A DNA stretch of 63,981 bases, counting the filler, from Phoronis australis (Eukaryota > Animalia > Phoronida): the NCBI GenBank assembly GCA_002633005.1. It is 6 parts of 6 records of this genome, joined end to end, with 100 filler letters (N's around TTAATTAATTAA, not from the genome) between each part and the next. Parts side by side here need not be neighbours in the genome. Positions count along the whole stretch, not along the records: positions 10,901 to 35,771 come from NMRA01000932.1; 5 more parts are not named here. One strand, given 5' to 3'. Positions 13,636 to 26,179 of the stretch are shown piece by piece. Each line of letters starts with the position of its first letter. Position 1 is the stretch's first letter. The position numbers and the translations under genes were made by a program. The notes beneath the pieces were generated by a model. The model was not told the DNA's origin, searched no databases, and saw only the letters and a list, made by a program, of their open reading frames with translations.

Positions 13636-13856
13636 CCGGTATATATAATGTAGTGGGGCATATATCTAATGGGACATATAAAGTTGTGGGCTATATATTG
13701 TATACACCAAACGGGACATATATACTTGCGGGCTATATATTGTACTGGGGCATATACCTAGTGAGGTATATATTATTGCGAGATATATATTGCTCCGGGG
13801 CATATACCCAACGGGGCATATATAGTTGCGGGCTATATATTTTATATATACCCCGG
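13636..13856. repeat. MITE-like element with an internal GGGCATATAT-type short repeat array; (TA)n follows at 13926-13955
   Basis: Inverted ends CCGGTATATATAA / TTATATATACCCCGG around recurrent GGGC(A/T)ATATAT units. Confidence 0.55.
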
Positions 13857-13922
13857 AACGAGGTCTCAAAATTTTACCCCGCTGCAAGGTTTCAAATAAT
13901 AACCCCACATCTGCATATAAAC

Positions 13923-13959
<37 letters not shown>

Positions 13960-13968
13960 TGTGTAGGC

Positions 13969-14790
13969 CTACTTGCGCGTTAGGTTACAATTTTTCTCTT
14001 GTAAAAGAAACAGTTTTAAATGTAACGGTTTATTACTTGAAAAGAGACAAAAAATATGAAACCAACGGTAATTATTATATTGTCGTAATTTAAAAATAAC
14101 CACAACGTAAAATATTGTAGTTACCGAGGAATCGGCGCCTGAGTCGCAGACGAAGCAAATTGAAAACTGAGACAGAAGTGTCATATAATTAACAGTTTTG
14201 TACCAGATGTTACGTTTGGGACCTGATTGCATGTTGAGTGTTATTTACACTGCTGCAATTTTATTACTTTAAACTATTTTGGGAAAGTTTAATGATCGAA
14301 CCGGCTAATGACGTCGAGTCGACATTTACCTACCTTTTGAACTTTCCATGTCAGAGGGCACTGTTGAAGTAGTTCCGGGAGTGCAATAGGGAAAACAATA
14401 TCACATGACTGTATTGCAGTCGACTTATTCAACACATATAGGATAAACACAGTTATTTACTGTCAATTTGTTGTTGTATAGCCTACGGTTACATCGAACT
14501 CGTTCTCAAAACGTCGGAGTCCATCTTCTAAGATGTTTATACACAAAACGTACCGAGAGTGTCGTATATGAAGTAATATCCCACGAGACGTTATTCCGCG
14601 TATGGACCGAGACTATATTCGGAAAGTTTGATAATCTAACAAGCTAAAGACGTCGAGTCGACGTTGACCTACCTTTTGAATTTTCCATGTCAGAGGTCAC
14701 TGTTGAAGTAGTGCGGGAGGTGAATAAGGAAAACATTATTTTTGTCCATGTTGCACTCGGCAGATTCAACGCGCATGGGATAAAACATCA
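13969..14790. repeat. Dispersed modular repeat, with a second copy at ~38120-38800
   Basis: Shared blocks such as TACTTGCGCGTTA, GACGTCGAGTCGAC and CACAAAACG.ACCGAGAGTG. One block is duplicated internally (14270-14450 vs 14615-14785). Confidence 0.75.
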
Positions 14791-15018
14791 AACAGACTCG
14801 GACATTCTGAGAAAAAAATTTAAGAATCATATTCATAAAATGGTTGGGAACTGGCAAAAACTGCTTTGGCCAAAAATCATACTTTGAATGGACTACCATT
14901 TACCAGGTTCTCCCTAAAATTGTTCTAAGGGTGCTCTGTCCAACTGATTTTTAACCCGTTTTTGAGAACGCCCTATGGATTGTATGGTGTTACAGGACTT
15001 TAACCAACATATTTATAG

Positions 15019-18000
15019 GTTCAGCTGCTGCATATAAAGAAGCGCCAGACGGACTAGAAGTGGTGTTTTATGGCTTATTCTTATGCACGTGCGGAGTTGG
15101 GGGCATGGTGGGGTCTGCCGTGTTCCGGATTGCCTGCCGTAAGTATGTGTTACCATTGAAAAAGCACTTACTCCTGATCACGAATGCAGTTCCCCATTGA
15201 AAAATTTCACAAACTTTAAAGAGGCCCGAAACACGAAATACAAACTAAATTGCATTGTTCAAAGTAATTCTCTGCCACGGAAATAGAATTCAACCTGCTC
15301 ACTAGGTATGTTTACGGTTTCGTCCTAAAGAATTTGAGTTTCTGTTGATGTCAAAGCATTTTATTTTCTTTTAGTTTCCAATTTCAAAAAGCGGTCTGTC
15401 AACTGCTCGTCACTTCGTCAATTTTTCTCACACAGGAAAGTGCACGTCTCCTTATTTGGTATGGCAAGACATAGTCGCAGCACAGTTACCTTATATTATG
15501 GAAAATGTGACTCTTGATCTTTGTTTTAAGCAAACCAATGACGACTTCAAGAAGCAGCCAGTTCGATAAACAGGCAATTGATATAAGTCCTATTTGTTTA
15601 AAATTAGTTATAAGGGTGTCGTTATTTTCACATATATTCTAAAATTCACTTGGAATTATTTTTCGAAAATCGCTTGCTTTCACTGTCTTGCTTCATACTG
15701 TGCTGTTGACCTCAGATTCGGAGTACGATCACTCATGATAATCTGCCGTTAATGTCCATCTTGTCATACGGGTGTTTGCCAAGTGACTGTCAGCGCATGC
15801 GCGCATTTATCATAAGTGGGAGGGTGATCAGAAATTCTGTGGTGACTACAGAGTTTTTCCTTCACGCGTATTTCAAAAAGCATTATTTTTGTGATTTTTT
15901 ATGAAATTCCCTCACAAGAAAAAGTGAATAACACTGTAGTAGTCGTTGCGAGATGGCACTATCGTCAGGAATTGTTTGAAATATATTTTGACGAGTTTTC
16001 GCGTTCCATGCCTTTTTAAATACTGGGTACGCTTTTTATTTTTCCGTTTATTTAACTCACCTCCTACCAAGCATAGTTCATGTATTTTGAACCATATCTA
16101 ACTTTTACGCTTCGTTGCGTTTAGCTTTGTTTATGCCTTTTTGTTCATTAGGCAGTGGTTTTTCTATTCCATTCTTTCCAGGGACAGCATGTTTGTAGTA
16201 GTTGTATTTCACGTCACATGACAGCTTTTGTTACCCCAACTATCCATTTTATCTCTGGAAACAGCTTTGCTGACGCACGGTCTATGTTTATTACGGGACA
16301 CACGAGGGATATAAAAAATCCACTGGTAAACACATTTCTAACGTTTTATCGTCATACCGGTAACGTAAATCTGGGCAAGTTTTTTACATTTTTCAAAACT
16401 GTCTCAAATGAACTCGATAATTTCTTAAGTACACGTTTCGCTCCATTTCCAGTTCCTTCCTTGACTAACGAGTTACAGAAAAATAGGGAATGGTACTTTA
16501 CGGTGCTTCTCACAATTCTGATCATCAACGCGCTTTACATTATTTTTCTTACCAAGCGCCATCCATTTGAACGCGAAGGTATGTATGTGCATAAGTGTCC
16601 ATCTTGTGACTACAACATTTGGTGCAAACAGTACAGCCAATCCATCCCACCTTAATAAAATCCCTCATCGTAAGCCAACACTAACGTGTATTATTTCTTA
16701 GATATTGTCAAATAATCTGCATAGATGCTTTCACGGTAATGTACCGACTTATCTATGTCGTAATCTAATACTTGTTCGAAATCGCCACCAGATCAGGACA
16801 AGATTTTCTGCCTCAAACAATTTGGTTTTGCCTAGAAAAGAACATCGTTTTATTCTAAGTCCTTCTTTATTCAGACCATCAAACAGTGGAACAATTTGCC
16901 TAATAGTCTTAAGGATGCTGACTGTTATGATAATTTCAGACACCACCTGATCAGTTACCTGTGGTCGTCATAGATGTCCCTCCTTTTTGTCTTTCCAATA
17001 TATTTACCAAAAATAAATTTTTATTTCTTTATTTATTTATCTTTAATTCAATTTGTTTATCCAATTTGTAAATATTATTTTATTTAATGTATCTTATTTG
17101 TATCTTAATTTAATCTGTTTATCTAACTTAATTTAATTAATTTAATTTCTTGCTGCAGAGGACCATGCTGGATATTAGCCTTTGGCTAAAGCATGTTTTA
17201 TATTTATTGTATTTTTATCCTCTTTAAATAAAGTTTATTATTATTACAATTATTATTGTTATTGTTATTGTTATTGTTATTATCTTCACATGCCGTATAT
17301 TCAGACGAAAAAACATGACTTTATCACGTGACACAGAGCATCAAAAGCCAAACGACCATTTCTGCTTTTCATAACTAAAATGCATTTCTTCTGCTTCCCT
17401 TTGTCTACATTTTATCTTTGCCGAGTTATCTTTGACCGGACTTAAGAAATGCCATGGATTTCCACGTGACAGGTCCAGGTAAGCCGACTCGTGAACGAGA
17501 CGATCTCGACACTTGGTGACTGTCATCAACGCGAAAACACTCCCGTGACCAACGTTGGCTTTGCAGTTTTGACGGTCGTTTTTTATGCTTGTCTAAATGT
17601 GTTTACGAAAAGCACAATTGCTGTGTACGTTTGGTGATTTTCAACAACAAAAGCTACAAAATGCGACAGAAGAACATGTTAAAACGTGGGCATACGAGAA
17701 GTTTTTGGCACGAACGTGCTTTCATTTTTATATTCATACTTCTATTCTATCGCCAGAGGGCACTGACGTAAAATATAATTGCCTTATAAAGCACCTATTT
17801 CCGCAGTAATGAGTTCTTTATGATTTTTTACTGAATTCGTTCACGTATAGGCACCTGTCAAAAAGCTTCAAGTGGTGGACAACCTTTGTACATGACAAAC
17901 TGTTTTTTGTGTTTCCGTCCTTTCTTTACTCTTTAATTCATATTATTTAACATTGTCGTGTTTGCGGCCGAAAAACGCAATTTTGGGATAATCGTTGAAT

Positions 18001-18423
18001 AGGATAGACTTATTGAAGCTATCAAAGGTCAAAACCGCAAAATCTGTTGTGTTTTTATGATTGTAGTATAAGCCGTTGTTTGCCAGATGTTTGAAGAAAT
18101 GAATACACATGCCCAATCTGCCATCTTGTAACGGGCGAGTCAAGTTTCACTGACATAATATACTGACGTGGGTTTACATATAGACGTGTGGTCGCTTTTC
18201 GTGCAGCAAATGATGAGGAATATTTGTTCCAGAATCAGACGTCACTGAAGAAAACGCTCGATATGAAACTGAAGGAGGTAACGGATGGCACCAGGAGCCT
18301 GCAGACATGGACACTGTACACCATGACACACCACAGGGGGCCTGTGGTCAGCTGACCAATACCTACGATTATCAATCCCACTGGCCGGTTTCCAGCAATT
18401 CATCGGGAATAGATTTCACGTGA
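15019..18423 (+). CDS. SLC15/POT-family transporter copy A, 3' exons only: 15019-15138, 16453-16578, 18233-18423 (alternative last exon 18207-18355)
   Basis: GSAAAYKEAPDGLEVVFYGLFLCTCGVGGMVGSAVF resembles the SLC15 GLEFAYxxAPxSM...GLF...GVG region. The next exon encodes a last-TM-like WYFTVLLTILIINALYIIFL. GT-AG introns with consistent phase 1. Upstream exons not found. Confidence 0.7.
15220..16015. mobile_element. TTAA-flanked non-autonomous DNA transposon (Kolobok-like) in an SLC15 copy A intron
   Basis: TTAA|AGAGGCCCGAAACACGAAA ... TTTCGCGTTCCATGCCTTT|TTAA. A related right part lies at ~21500-22116. Confidence 0.6.
16705..17283 (+). mobile_element. CR1/L2-group LINE 3' fragment
   Basis: HGNVPTYL...HQIRTR...LVLPR, frameshift, then SFFIQTIKQWNNLP...F. 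AT-rich 3' UTR ending AATAAA plus TTA/TTATTG repeats. Confidence 0.8.
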
Positions 18424-18432
18424 TAACTATGT

Positions 18433-19660
18433 ACAGTAATATTCTTTACTTATTTTGCTCACGAGATGGTCGACAAGTGAAAATCTATCTTATCAAGTTT
18501 CTCCAAGAACGTGAAGATTAAGAAAATTTTCGTCTGTTAATCGCATGTTTTGCTTTAATATGGGGGGGCTCGAATTTCTGATTAAGTGGACCTTTTGCTG
18601 ACAAAAAAAGCTGGAGGACTAAGAAAAACAGGGTACCACCTTCACTGTGCTTCTGCGCGTTTTTAGTGGACATTTGTCTCGTTTTCTCGGACTTGTTGTT
18701 TCTCTGAGGCGGATCTTTTGGCCCACTTAGCAAAATGGGAGGGGGCTCGTTCGAGCCCTCCGAGCACCCCTGGGTGCACGCACGCAGGTGACATCAACAA
18801 AAATGACAATTTTGGCATTATATTTATGCGATGTAATTGGAGAATTACCGTACACTTCACACATATGTTGTGAAGTATTTTACAGTGCTACACACATTAA
18901 ATTTTGTTAATAAAGAGTATGTTGATAAACTTTTTTTACTAAATCGACACCCCCACTGCCTGATTATTTCAATTTTCGTCGTCGCCTCATCTTCACCATC
19001 ATCATCACCACCACCAATTTCTTGATTACCATCCAATATCATAACNACAGTAATATTCTTTACTTATTTTGCTCACGAGATGGTCGACAAGTGAAAATCT
19101 ATCTTATCAAGTTTCTCCAAGAACGTGAAGATTAAGAAAATTTTCGTCTGTTAATCGCATGTTTTGCTTTAATATGGGGGGGCTCGAATTTCTGATTAAG
19201 TGGACCTTTTGCTGACAAAAAAGCTGGAGGACTAAGAAAAACGGGGTACCACCTTCACTGTGCTTCTGCGCCTTTTTAGTGGACATTTGTCTCGTTTTCT
19301 CGGACTTGTTGTTTCTCTGAGGCGGATCTTTTGGCCCACTTAGCAAAATGGGAGGGGGGCTCGTTCGAACCCCCCGAGCACCCCTGGGTGCACGCACGCA
19401 GGTGACATCAACAAAAATGACAATTTTGGCATTATATTTATGCGATGTAATTGGAGAATTACCGTACACTGCACACATATGTTGTGAAGTATTTTACAGT
19501 GCTACACACATTAAATTTTATTAATAAAGAGTATGTTGATAAACTTGTTTTACTAAATCGACACCCCCACTGCCTGATTATTTCAATTTTCGTCGTCGCC
19601 TCATCTTCACCATCATCATCACCACCACCAATTTCATGATTACCATCCAATATCATAACC
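18433..19660. repeat. About 613-bp near-identical tandem duplication joined by a single N; probable allelic contig-overlap artefact
   Basis: 18433-19045 matches 19047-19660 with few differences, and the N at 19046 sits exactly at the junction. Confidence 0.85.
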
Positions 19661-19798
19661 ACCACCATCATCATCATCATCATCATCACTATCACCATCC
19701 CGATCATCATCATCACCACCATCACCAGCATCATCATCCCCGTCATCATCACCAACACCATCACCATTATCATCACAATCATCATCACCATCATCATA
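19602..19798. repeat. (CAT/CAC)n microsatellite
   Basis: Directly visible; it generates the spurious poly-His and Met/Val ORFs. Confidence 0.95.
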
Positions 19799-20141
19799 GC
19801 CATACATGTCGTAAGCCATTACTCAAAAGTTTTCCATGATAGCTTATGCTCCTCGAAATATGCAAAGTTCGAAAATGAGTGGAAACGTGATAATTATAAC
19901 TAGAACTACATAAAAGGGAAGTAATTGATACATATGAACAGTTGTTGTTGTCGTTTTGCATTGAACTGGCCGTTAAGAGAAATACGTTTTATCTCACATA
20001 CTTATCATGGTTACAGCGTGTGATAGATTATTCCGTTTTGCAATCAGTGATTTGCCTAAATACAGTTCAAATTAGTAATGCGCCAGCATACGTACTCGTT
20101 TACTGAGGGTGGTGAAATCTGAAGGACGGAGAAACCCAGTC

Positions 20142-23100
20142 ATGTCAGGCATATTAAGTCGAAACGTCTCTGCTACTCCGAAGTGTGTCTATGACGGAGG
20201 CACTAGTGAAGAGCAAACGCCCTCTAGTGACGAACTCACACACCTAATGGAAGGTCAGGAGACTGATAGCAAAAATCTCGAAGATGCATCGCCTCATGAA
20301 AATCAACACAAGTCCAAATTTCGCAGGATTGCGTCGGTGGTCATATTATCGTGTGTGGCTTTTCTGGAAATGATCGCGTTTGAAACCATTTGTAATTTGT
20401 GGTACTACGAAATGAGCACCGTATATTCTACATGGGATGATTTGTTTGCAATAGTAGAAACGCGTACTCTTATATACACAGGTAAGTTAATGCAAAGCTG
20501 ACGAAAGTTAAAGCGGTGTCCATTACAAATATAAACTTTTCATGAAATTGATGGTCTAAAGAAATAACCAAAATTTGACAAGTCTGCCCAGCCCGGCCCA
20601 GAGATTACTTGTATACTGAGTAAGGAACAAGACAAGAACAATTTTATAACGGGCAAGTAGACTAAATCAAAACTTGATTTTTGACGGAAACCGCGAGTTT
20701 AAAGGATTAAGTTGAGACCATGCAATCGTTGTTTTGGGACATTGATTAAATTATAAAACATTTTGATATTATTTTAAATTTCTTAAAGCAGATTGTTTAT
20801 TTGAAAAATTTTGATTTTGCATTGAGTTTTTTATTGTGTTTTTTACAATTTTGTTTTAAAAACTCAAGGGAAATTACGTTTTTGCACACAAGTTTAGTAT
20901 TACCGTTGAATGGGAAAGACTCCTTTAAGTAATTACCTTTGACCAGAGCTATAAAACAGCAAAATCCGTTCTGTTTTGTTATTTTATTACAAATCGCCAA
21001 TTCCATACATTCGCTGAAATCACGGTCTGTGTCTTTATCATTTAAATACATGTAAAATAATACTTTGCTATTTAACGGGTCGGATTTGGCTCAGCGGTAA
21101 AGCGTTTTGCTGTTATTGGGGAATTACTGGATTTCCCGCCGTGAATATCCCTTTAACCATAATGCGTGTTGGACATCAAACTTCGTAATAGCGTAATACT
21201 TAACATAAGTGTGGACATAAGATGTGACGGTGAAACGCCGAGATGAAATTGAACAAGAAGCTTCTTATCATTGATTATTCACATAACTTTCAATACCAAC
21301 AATATAACATAATCACCATCTCGTGAAACGCAACAGGGCAATCATTATCTTCAAATTTTCGCGCTATTGAGGAGGTCGATTGTGCAAATGGTTCTCTGCC
21401 ACTGAAATAGACGTCAGACTGATCACCATGTATTTTTACGATTTTCCCGTAAATGTTTGTGGAATTTCTGCTGATGACAAGCATTTTTCCTTCAGTTTTA
21501 AATTTCGAAAAACGATCTGTCAATTGCTCGTCACTTCGTCGATTTTTCTCCTACACGACAAAGCATCTCTTCTAATTTGGTATGGCACGACGTAACACAT
21601 TTCCCTTATATGGAAAATGTAACCTTTGACCTTTGGTGTAAACAAAACAATTCACAGAAACTTGCACACTTTGTTGTCGCTGAGAAATGAATGTTGTGCA
21701 CTGTTGTTTAGGACATGATACCTCGTTTTCAATATTTAAATTGTTAAACGACGCAAACATGAAAGCGCGCGTTTCAAATATACAGATTCATTTTGTAGTT
21801 TGGACACAACACCTCGTTTTCGAGAATGCTGGCGAATTCGAACAAGTAGTGAATGGGGATTTCAAGCGGCAGCCAGTCCGACTTCTTTGAGGCATGCGCA
21901 CACACATGTTATTAGGGACGGATAGTTTGAAAACTGTATTGGGATGAAAGAGTTTTTATTTCGTCTGTGTTTCAAAAATAGTAAATCTGACGATTTTTTC
22001 TAGAAATTCTTGCGATATTCAAAGTGAATAACTCTCACTTTAGCATGCCGGAGGAGTAGATTCGCCACAACCTGTTTTAAGGGGTGTTTTTCACGAGTTT
22101 TCGCGTTCCATGCCTCTTAAACGCTTAGGAAACATTACAACTCTCAAAAGTCCAGTCGGCAGTTAGGAATGTTAGCAAAGGAAAAGAACTGAACTATTGT
22201 AAAACTACGTTGCTACCTCACATGTAACTTTAGTTTGTTCTGGTAACTTTTTATCTGCAGGTATATGCTACTTTCTACCTCTGTTTAGCAGTATTCTGAC
22301 AGACGCCGTCTTTGGACGTTATTGGTCCATTCTTATTGGAGCCGCGCTTTACATAATAGGTTAGTCTTAATTTATGTTATTGACCTGAAATCTCATTTTC
22401 AGACCGGAAATCCAGCCTAGTTTCGAGCTATACATTCACTTCAAGTTTTATTTGAATTAAGGTTGTTTTGCGCCCTAGCAAAATGCTCAGATTTAACTAA
22501 TTTCTGAACACCATATCTTACAAATGGTTGGTTGGATTCATTTGGAACTTTTACACACTGACACACTGCTATTCTTGATGCAGTGTTAGGAATTGTTATT
22601 AAAATGTTCTAGTTTTGTATGAGGGACTGATCAAAAATATTTTTGTGACGAAACTCAAAAGGTGCATAAAAGGAACAGCATTTCTACACTTGCGTCTATG
22701 TCAAACAAATTTTAGTCATGTTTATGCTACGTTGTTTTGCTATGGTTGTACCTTTCTTTTTACAGTTTTTCTAAAAAGCATGATTGTCAGAATATAGTCT
22801 GACAGTATTATTAGTTGTATTGTTTTGTTTTGTTATTCAGTTTGGTTGGCATGACCCCTGAGTTAAGTACAGTGATGATGTAATTTGTATACTACAAAAT
22901 AGTGTGGAACTTTCTAGAAGACTGAGGTCAGAACAGTGATGATGTAATTTGTTTACTGCAGTATAGTGTGGAACTTTCTAGAATACTCTAGCATGACAGT
23001 GATTGATGCAGTCTGGAATATTCTAGAGACTAGTACATGTTTGTAGAATGGTTGGGTAGATTCAGGAAAGTTCTAGAATGTGCTTGAATTGATGTAAAGT

Positions 23101-25923
23101 TCCAGAACAATGCATTAGGCTATAAATACACAAGCACGGGTTTGTGTTAGTCAGATCAAGTCAGTTCACAAGAAGATCAAGTAAGTTCAAGAAAGTAAAT
23201 CAGGAGAACTACAGTTGAGTTGCAGTGAAGAGAATCAGAGAGCCAGCTATAGAGACAGCAGGTTATTGAATAGACGAGTGTAACAGTTGCTGAACGTGTC
23301 TCAGAAGTTTATCACAAGTCAAGGCTTCGCAGCACTGGCTGGAGCATAAACAGACATTACGTCGGACGTTTTGTTTGAGTAGGCTTGTGAACATACGGTC
23401 GAGATTAATAAAGGATTAACTCGAACCAGTCTTCAGTCTATATCGTCGCACCGAAAGCTATTAGCACCGGTTGGTAACCACCTGCGCCCACCCACACACG
23501 GGGAAAAACGTGACAATGATCACGTGACTCAATTACTGACAGATGAATACAAAAGGAAAAAATCAAATTCTACAGACTTCTGCTTTCGAAAAATATATAC
23601 TTTCACAGAGTTAAATTCCATGATTGAGTTCTTTATAGTTTCATAGATTTGTCGATAAGGTCCTACATAAACTTTAAGACATTAAGAGTTTCAAGCTTGT
23701 GATCGAGAACATTCTACACGCAGACATGTTCGCACTTGATGAACCCGAAATATAAGCAACAGATTAAAGTTAGGACTTGGTTTCGTAGCTCGAGTCATCA
23801 TCTGTAAATTTTGATAATTTAGCGTCGCATCTGCGCAAATTGTAATGTACGTCGCCGCAAAATCACATTTTTATTTTTAATTCACTACTTAACCTGGACA
23901 GGGCTCAGTTGCCTAAAAGTTTTTCATTGGTTAGCAACAATGACATCGCATTACCACGTGTCATTTGCTACTCTTGAACAATACACTAGAAGTCTTGCAA
24001 CAATCAAACTTATCCAGCGGATTTAGTGTTTTTGGAGAATGTGACCACATCAAATTTAATTTTGGAAATTGTAACTTTTATTATCTGCTTGTTCGAACCG
24101 TGCTCCAGTAGATCGTCTTGAAATTGCGAAATCAAAATAGCGCATGCGTTCTGCCGTTGACTTGAGTTGGTAATGGAAATAGAACCCTATCGCTGTAAGG
24201 AATACAACTAGATACTGAATTGTATTCCTATGACTGTAAGGAATATGACTAGACACGGAAGGAATACAACTAGATACGGAAATGTAATCCTATGAGTGTA
24301 ACGAATACAACTAGAATGATTTGTCGACAGTAAAAAAATTACTTCCATTTTCGTTTTCAGTCAGCTAAACAGGGCAAATGCAGTTTTAGAGGTCATTTTA
24401 TGAGAGACAGATTTATAGCAGGTTTAACTGTTGCAAGTCATCCTTACTTACTGTAACGAGTTTCTTTTCAGGTGGAATTATAATAACTGTGGACTGTCCC
24501 ATGTTGTCGTGGAGAAAAGAACAACGCTACTGCAACTGGCATCCGGTAAGACAATCTGAGTAACTGAAACACACAAAACGTTCCAAACAAAATCAAGCTT
24601 TTGAACAAAGCTTGATTTTCAATGGCCATACTCTTGGGAAATTGGGTCTTACTCCAAGACAGCAATAAAGGAAACTAATACAATAAGGATGTGGTAAGGT
24701 AGAATGGATTCTTAAAGACATCCGATCAAGTCTTGGGGTAAAATATCACTATAACGAATGTCATATGCCAAGAGCATTTTAAAGCTAAATCTAGAACTGA
24801 ACCGAAGTAAAATAATGGTCCCTTTACATTCATCAGTTTAAAACACGGGACGAAGCTCCTCAGTCAAAAGATTCCAATAAAATACAAACATTTCGAAGCT
24901 TTCAGCCACTGTTTGTGTTCGCCTTGTTTTACTGCTACTTTTGTCACTGTTTTTGTTTGCTAGTTTACTTCTATTTTTATAAGTTTCTTTAAAAAGTAGG
25001 CGGAGGTTTCCGTGGAAAACCTAATATTAGTTTTGGCGGCAGTTGAGTGTGCACGAGTCAGCTGTTACTTACTGTGTCTGCCATTTTTGGTGGTGGTGCA
25101 CCAACAAAATAAAAGTTAAACTACAGAATTCATATTAAATTCAGTTAAGTTTGAAAATATTTGGAGTTCTGTTGATTGAACATTATTTCGGCTTAAGTTT
25201 TGACTGAACTGATCTGCTTTAGGATCTGTTTTATGATGTGTTTAAATCAAAATGAAGCAGAAAGAGTGGGCCTCGTCTTTAATTGGAAGCTTCATGGTCG
25301 GAACAGTCCTCGGCATACGATGGAAAAAGGAACCACTTTTTCGTGTCATACGCCCATCGAATGTTCTCTTTTAGTGTTGTTTATTTGTACTTATACATTC
25401 GTCTCTTTGGCAACCCTGTTTTAGTTTGTATACCTGTCTTTCTGTTGTATTCTACTGCATTGTCATTATTGTCGCCACCAAAGAACTCGCATTCCATGGT
25501 TATTGCAGTTTATTTCTCTCAAAAGCGCAGCTTTAATGTCAATACTATGCTAAGAATATCGCGTAAAATCTAATAAGCTATTCACTCAGTATTAATTTTC
25601 GTACAGCAGGTTATTTTCAATTCTATAAAAATTCACCAAGGCATTTCCGAACTGAAAATGTGACAGATAAAGCCTCTATAAAGGGCATGTGCCCCCCCCC
25701 CTTATGGGCCGCCCTCACTGCTTCGGTAGGTGCTTGAAAGTAAACATTGGTAGCTGAACTGAACTTTAATATGCATTATTTTTCAGGCGTATCTGGTAAT
25801 ACCATTGTTGATAATATCGTTTGCACAAGCTTTGATAAAAACGAGTCTTTACCCGTTCCTGGTCGATCAGGTTGTTTACGGAAACACCAAAGACGGCCAC
25901 TTAGTTGAGAAAACATTTGCATG
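20142..25923 (+). CDS. SLC15/POT-family transporter copy B, 5' exons: 20142-20481, 22261-22359, 24472-24545, 25787-25923; downstream exons not located
   Basis: Exon 2 GICYFLPLFSSILTDAVFGRYWSILIGAALYIIG matches the PTR2 signature region. Exon 4 LIKTSLYPFLVDQV...TFAW resembles SLC15A4-type KANITPFGADQV...FFNW. All GT-AG, phases 1/1/0/2 join in frame. Confidence 0.8.
21500..22116. mobile_element. Partial second copy of the TTAA-flanked element at 15220-16015, in SLC15 copy B intron 1
   Basis: Shared CTGTCAA.TGCTCGTCACTTCGTC, TATGGAAAATGT and terminal TTTTCGCGTTCCATGCCT.TTAA. Confidence 0.6.
22785..23515 (+). mobile_element. Solo LTR (731 bp) of an LTR retrotransposon, in SLC15 copy B intron 2
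   Basis: TGTCA...TGACA termini, 5-bp TSD ATGAT (22780-22784 and 23516-23520), TATAAA at 23121, AATAAA at 23407. Confidence 0.85.
24196..24316. repeat. Short degenerate tandem repeat (GGAATACAACTAGA core)
   Basis: The core recurs about four times. Confidence 0.6.
24880..25230. repeat. Dispersed repeat with a second copy at ~49040-49345
   Basis: Shared AAATACAAACATTTCG, GTTTCC..GGAAA and CCATTTT.G..GGTG.TGCACCAACAAAATAAAA. Confidence 0.65.
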
Positions 25924-26179
25924 GTAAGTACAGCGAATGAGGGTAAGAGACTCAATCGGTCTAAATACGAGTTTCTGTGGTCTTGTTCAGACATTAACTT
26001 TCACTGAGCGAACACAAAGGCGGCACTTGATTGTGCCGGGTCAACCCGCGGCAGCCAGAACATCTACTTGGTCTGTATGCCGGAAGTCGTCATATCGAGA
26101 ACCAATCAGATGTCTCGATCTGCACTTGATTGTCCACGCCGGTTGCGCTGCCTGGTTCCTCGCTGGTTCCCTGCCTGCT

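Noticed and set aside
16155-16452. N-terminal part of the 166-aa ORF as protein
   Set aside because: Intron sequence that happens to be open; SLC15 similarity begins at the acceptor 16453.
18433-19660. 613-bp tandem duplication as LTR pair or recent duplication
   Set aside because: Joined by a single N with no internal domain, the pattern of a contig overlap. The same applies to 26805-27144.
19459-19839. Poly-His and Met/Val-rich ORFs
   Set aside because: Translations of a CAT/CAC microsatellite.
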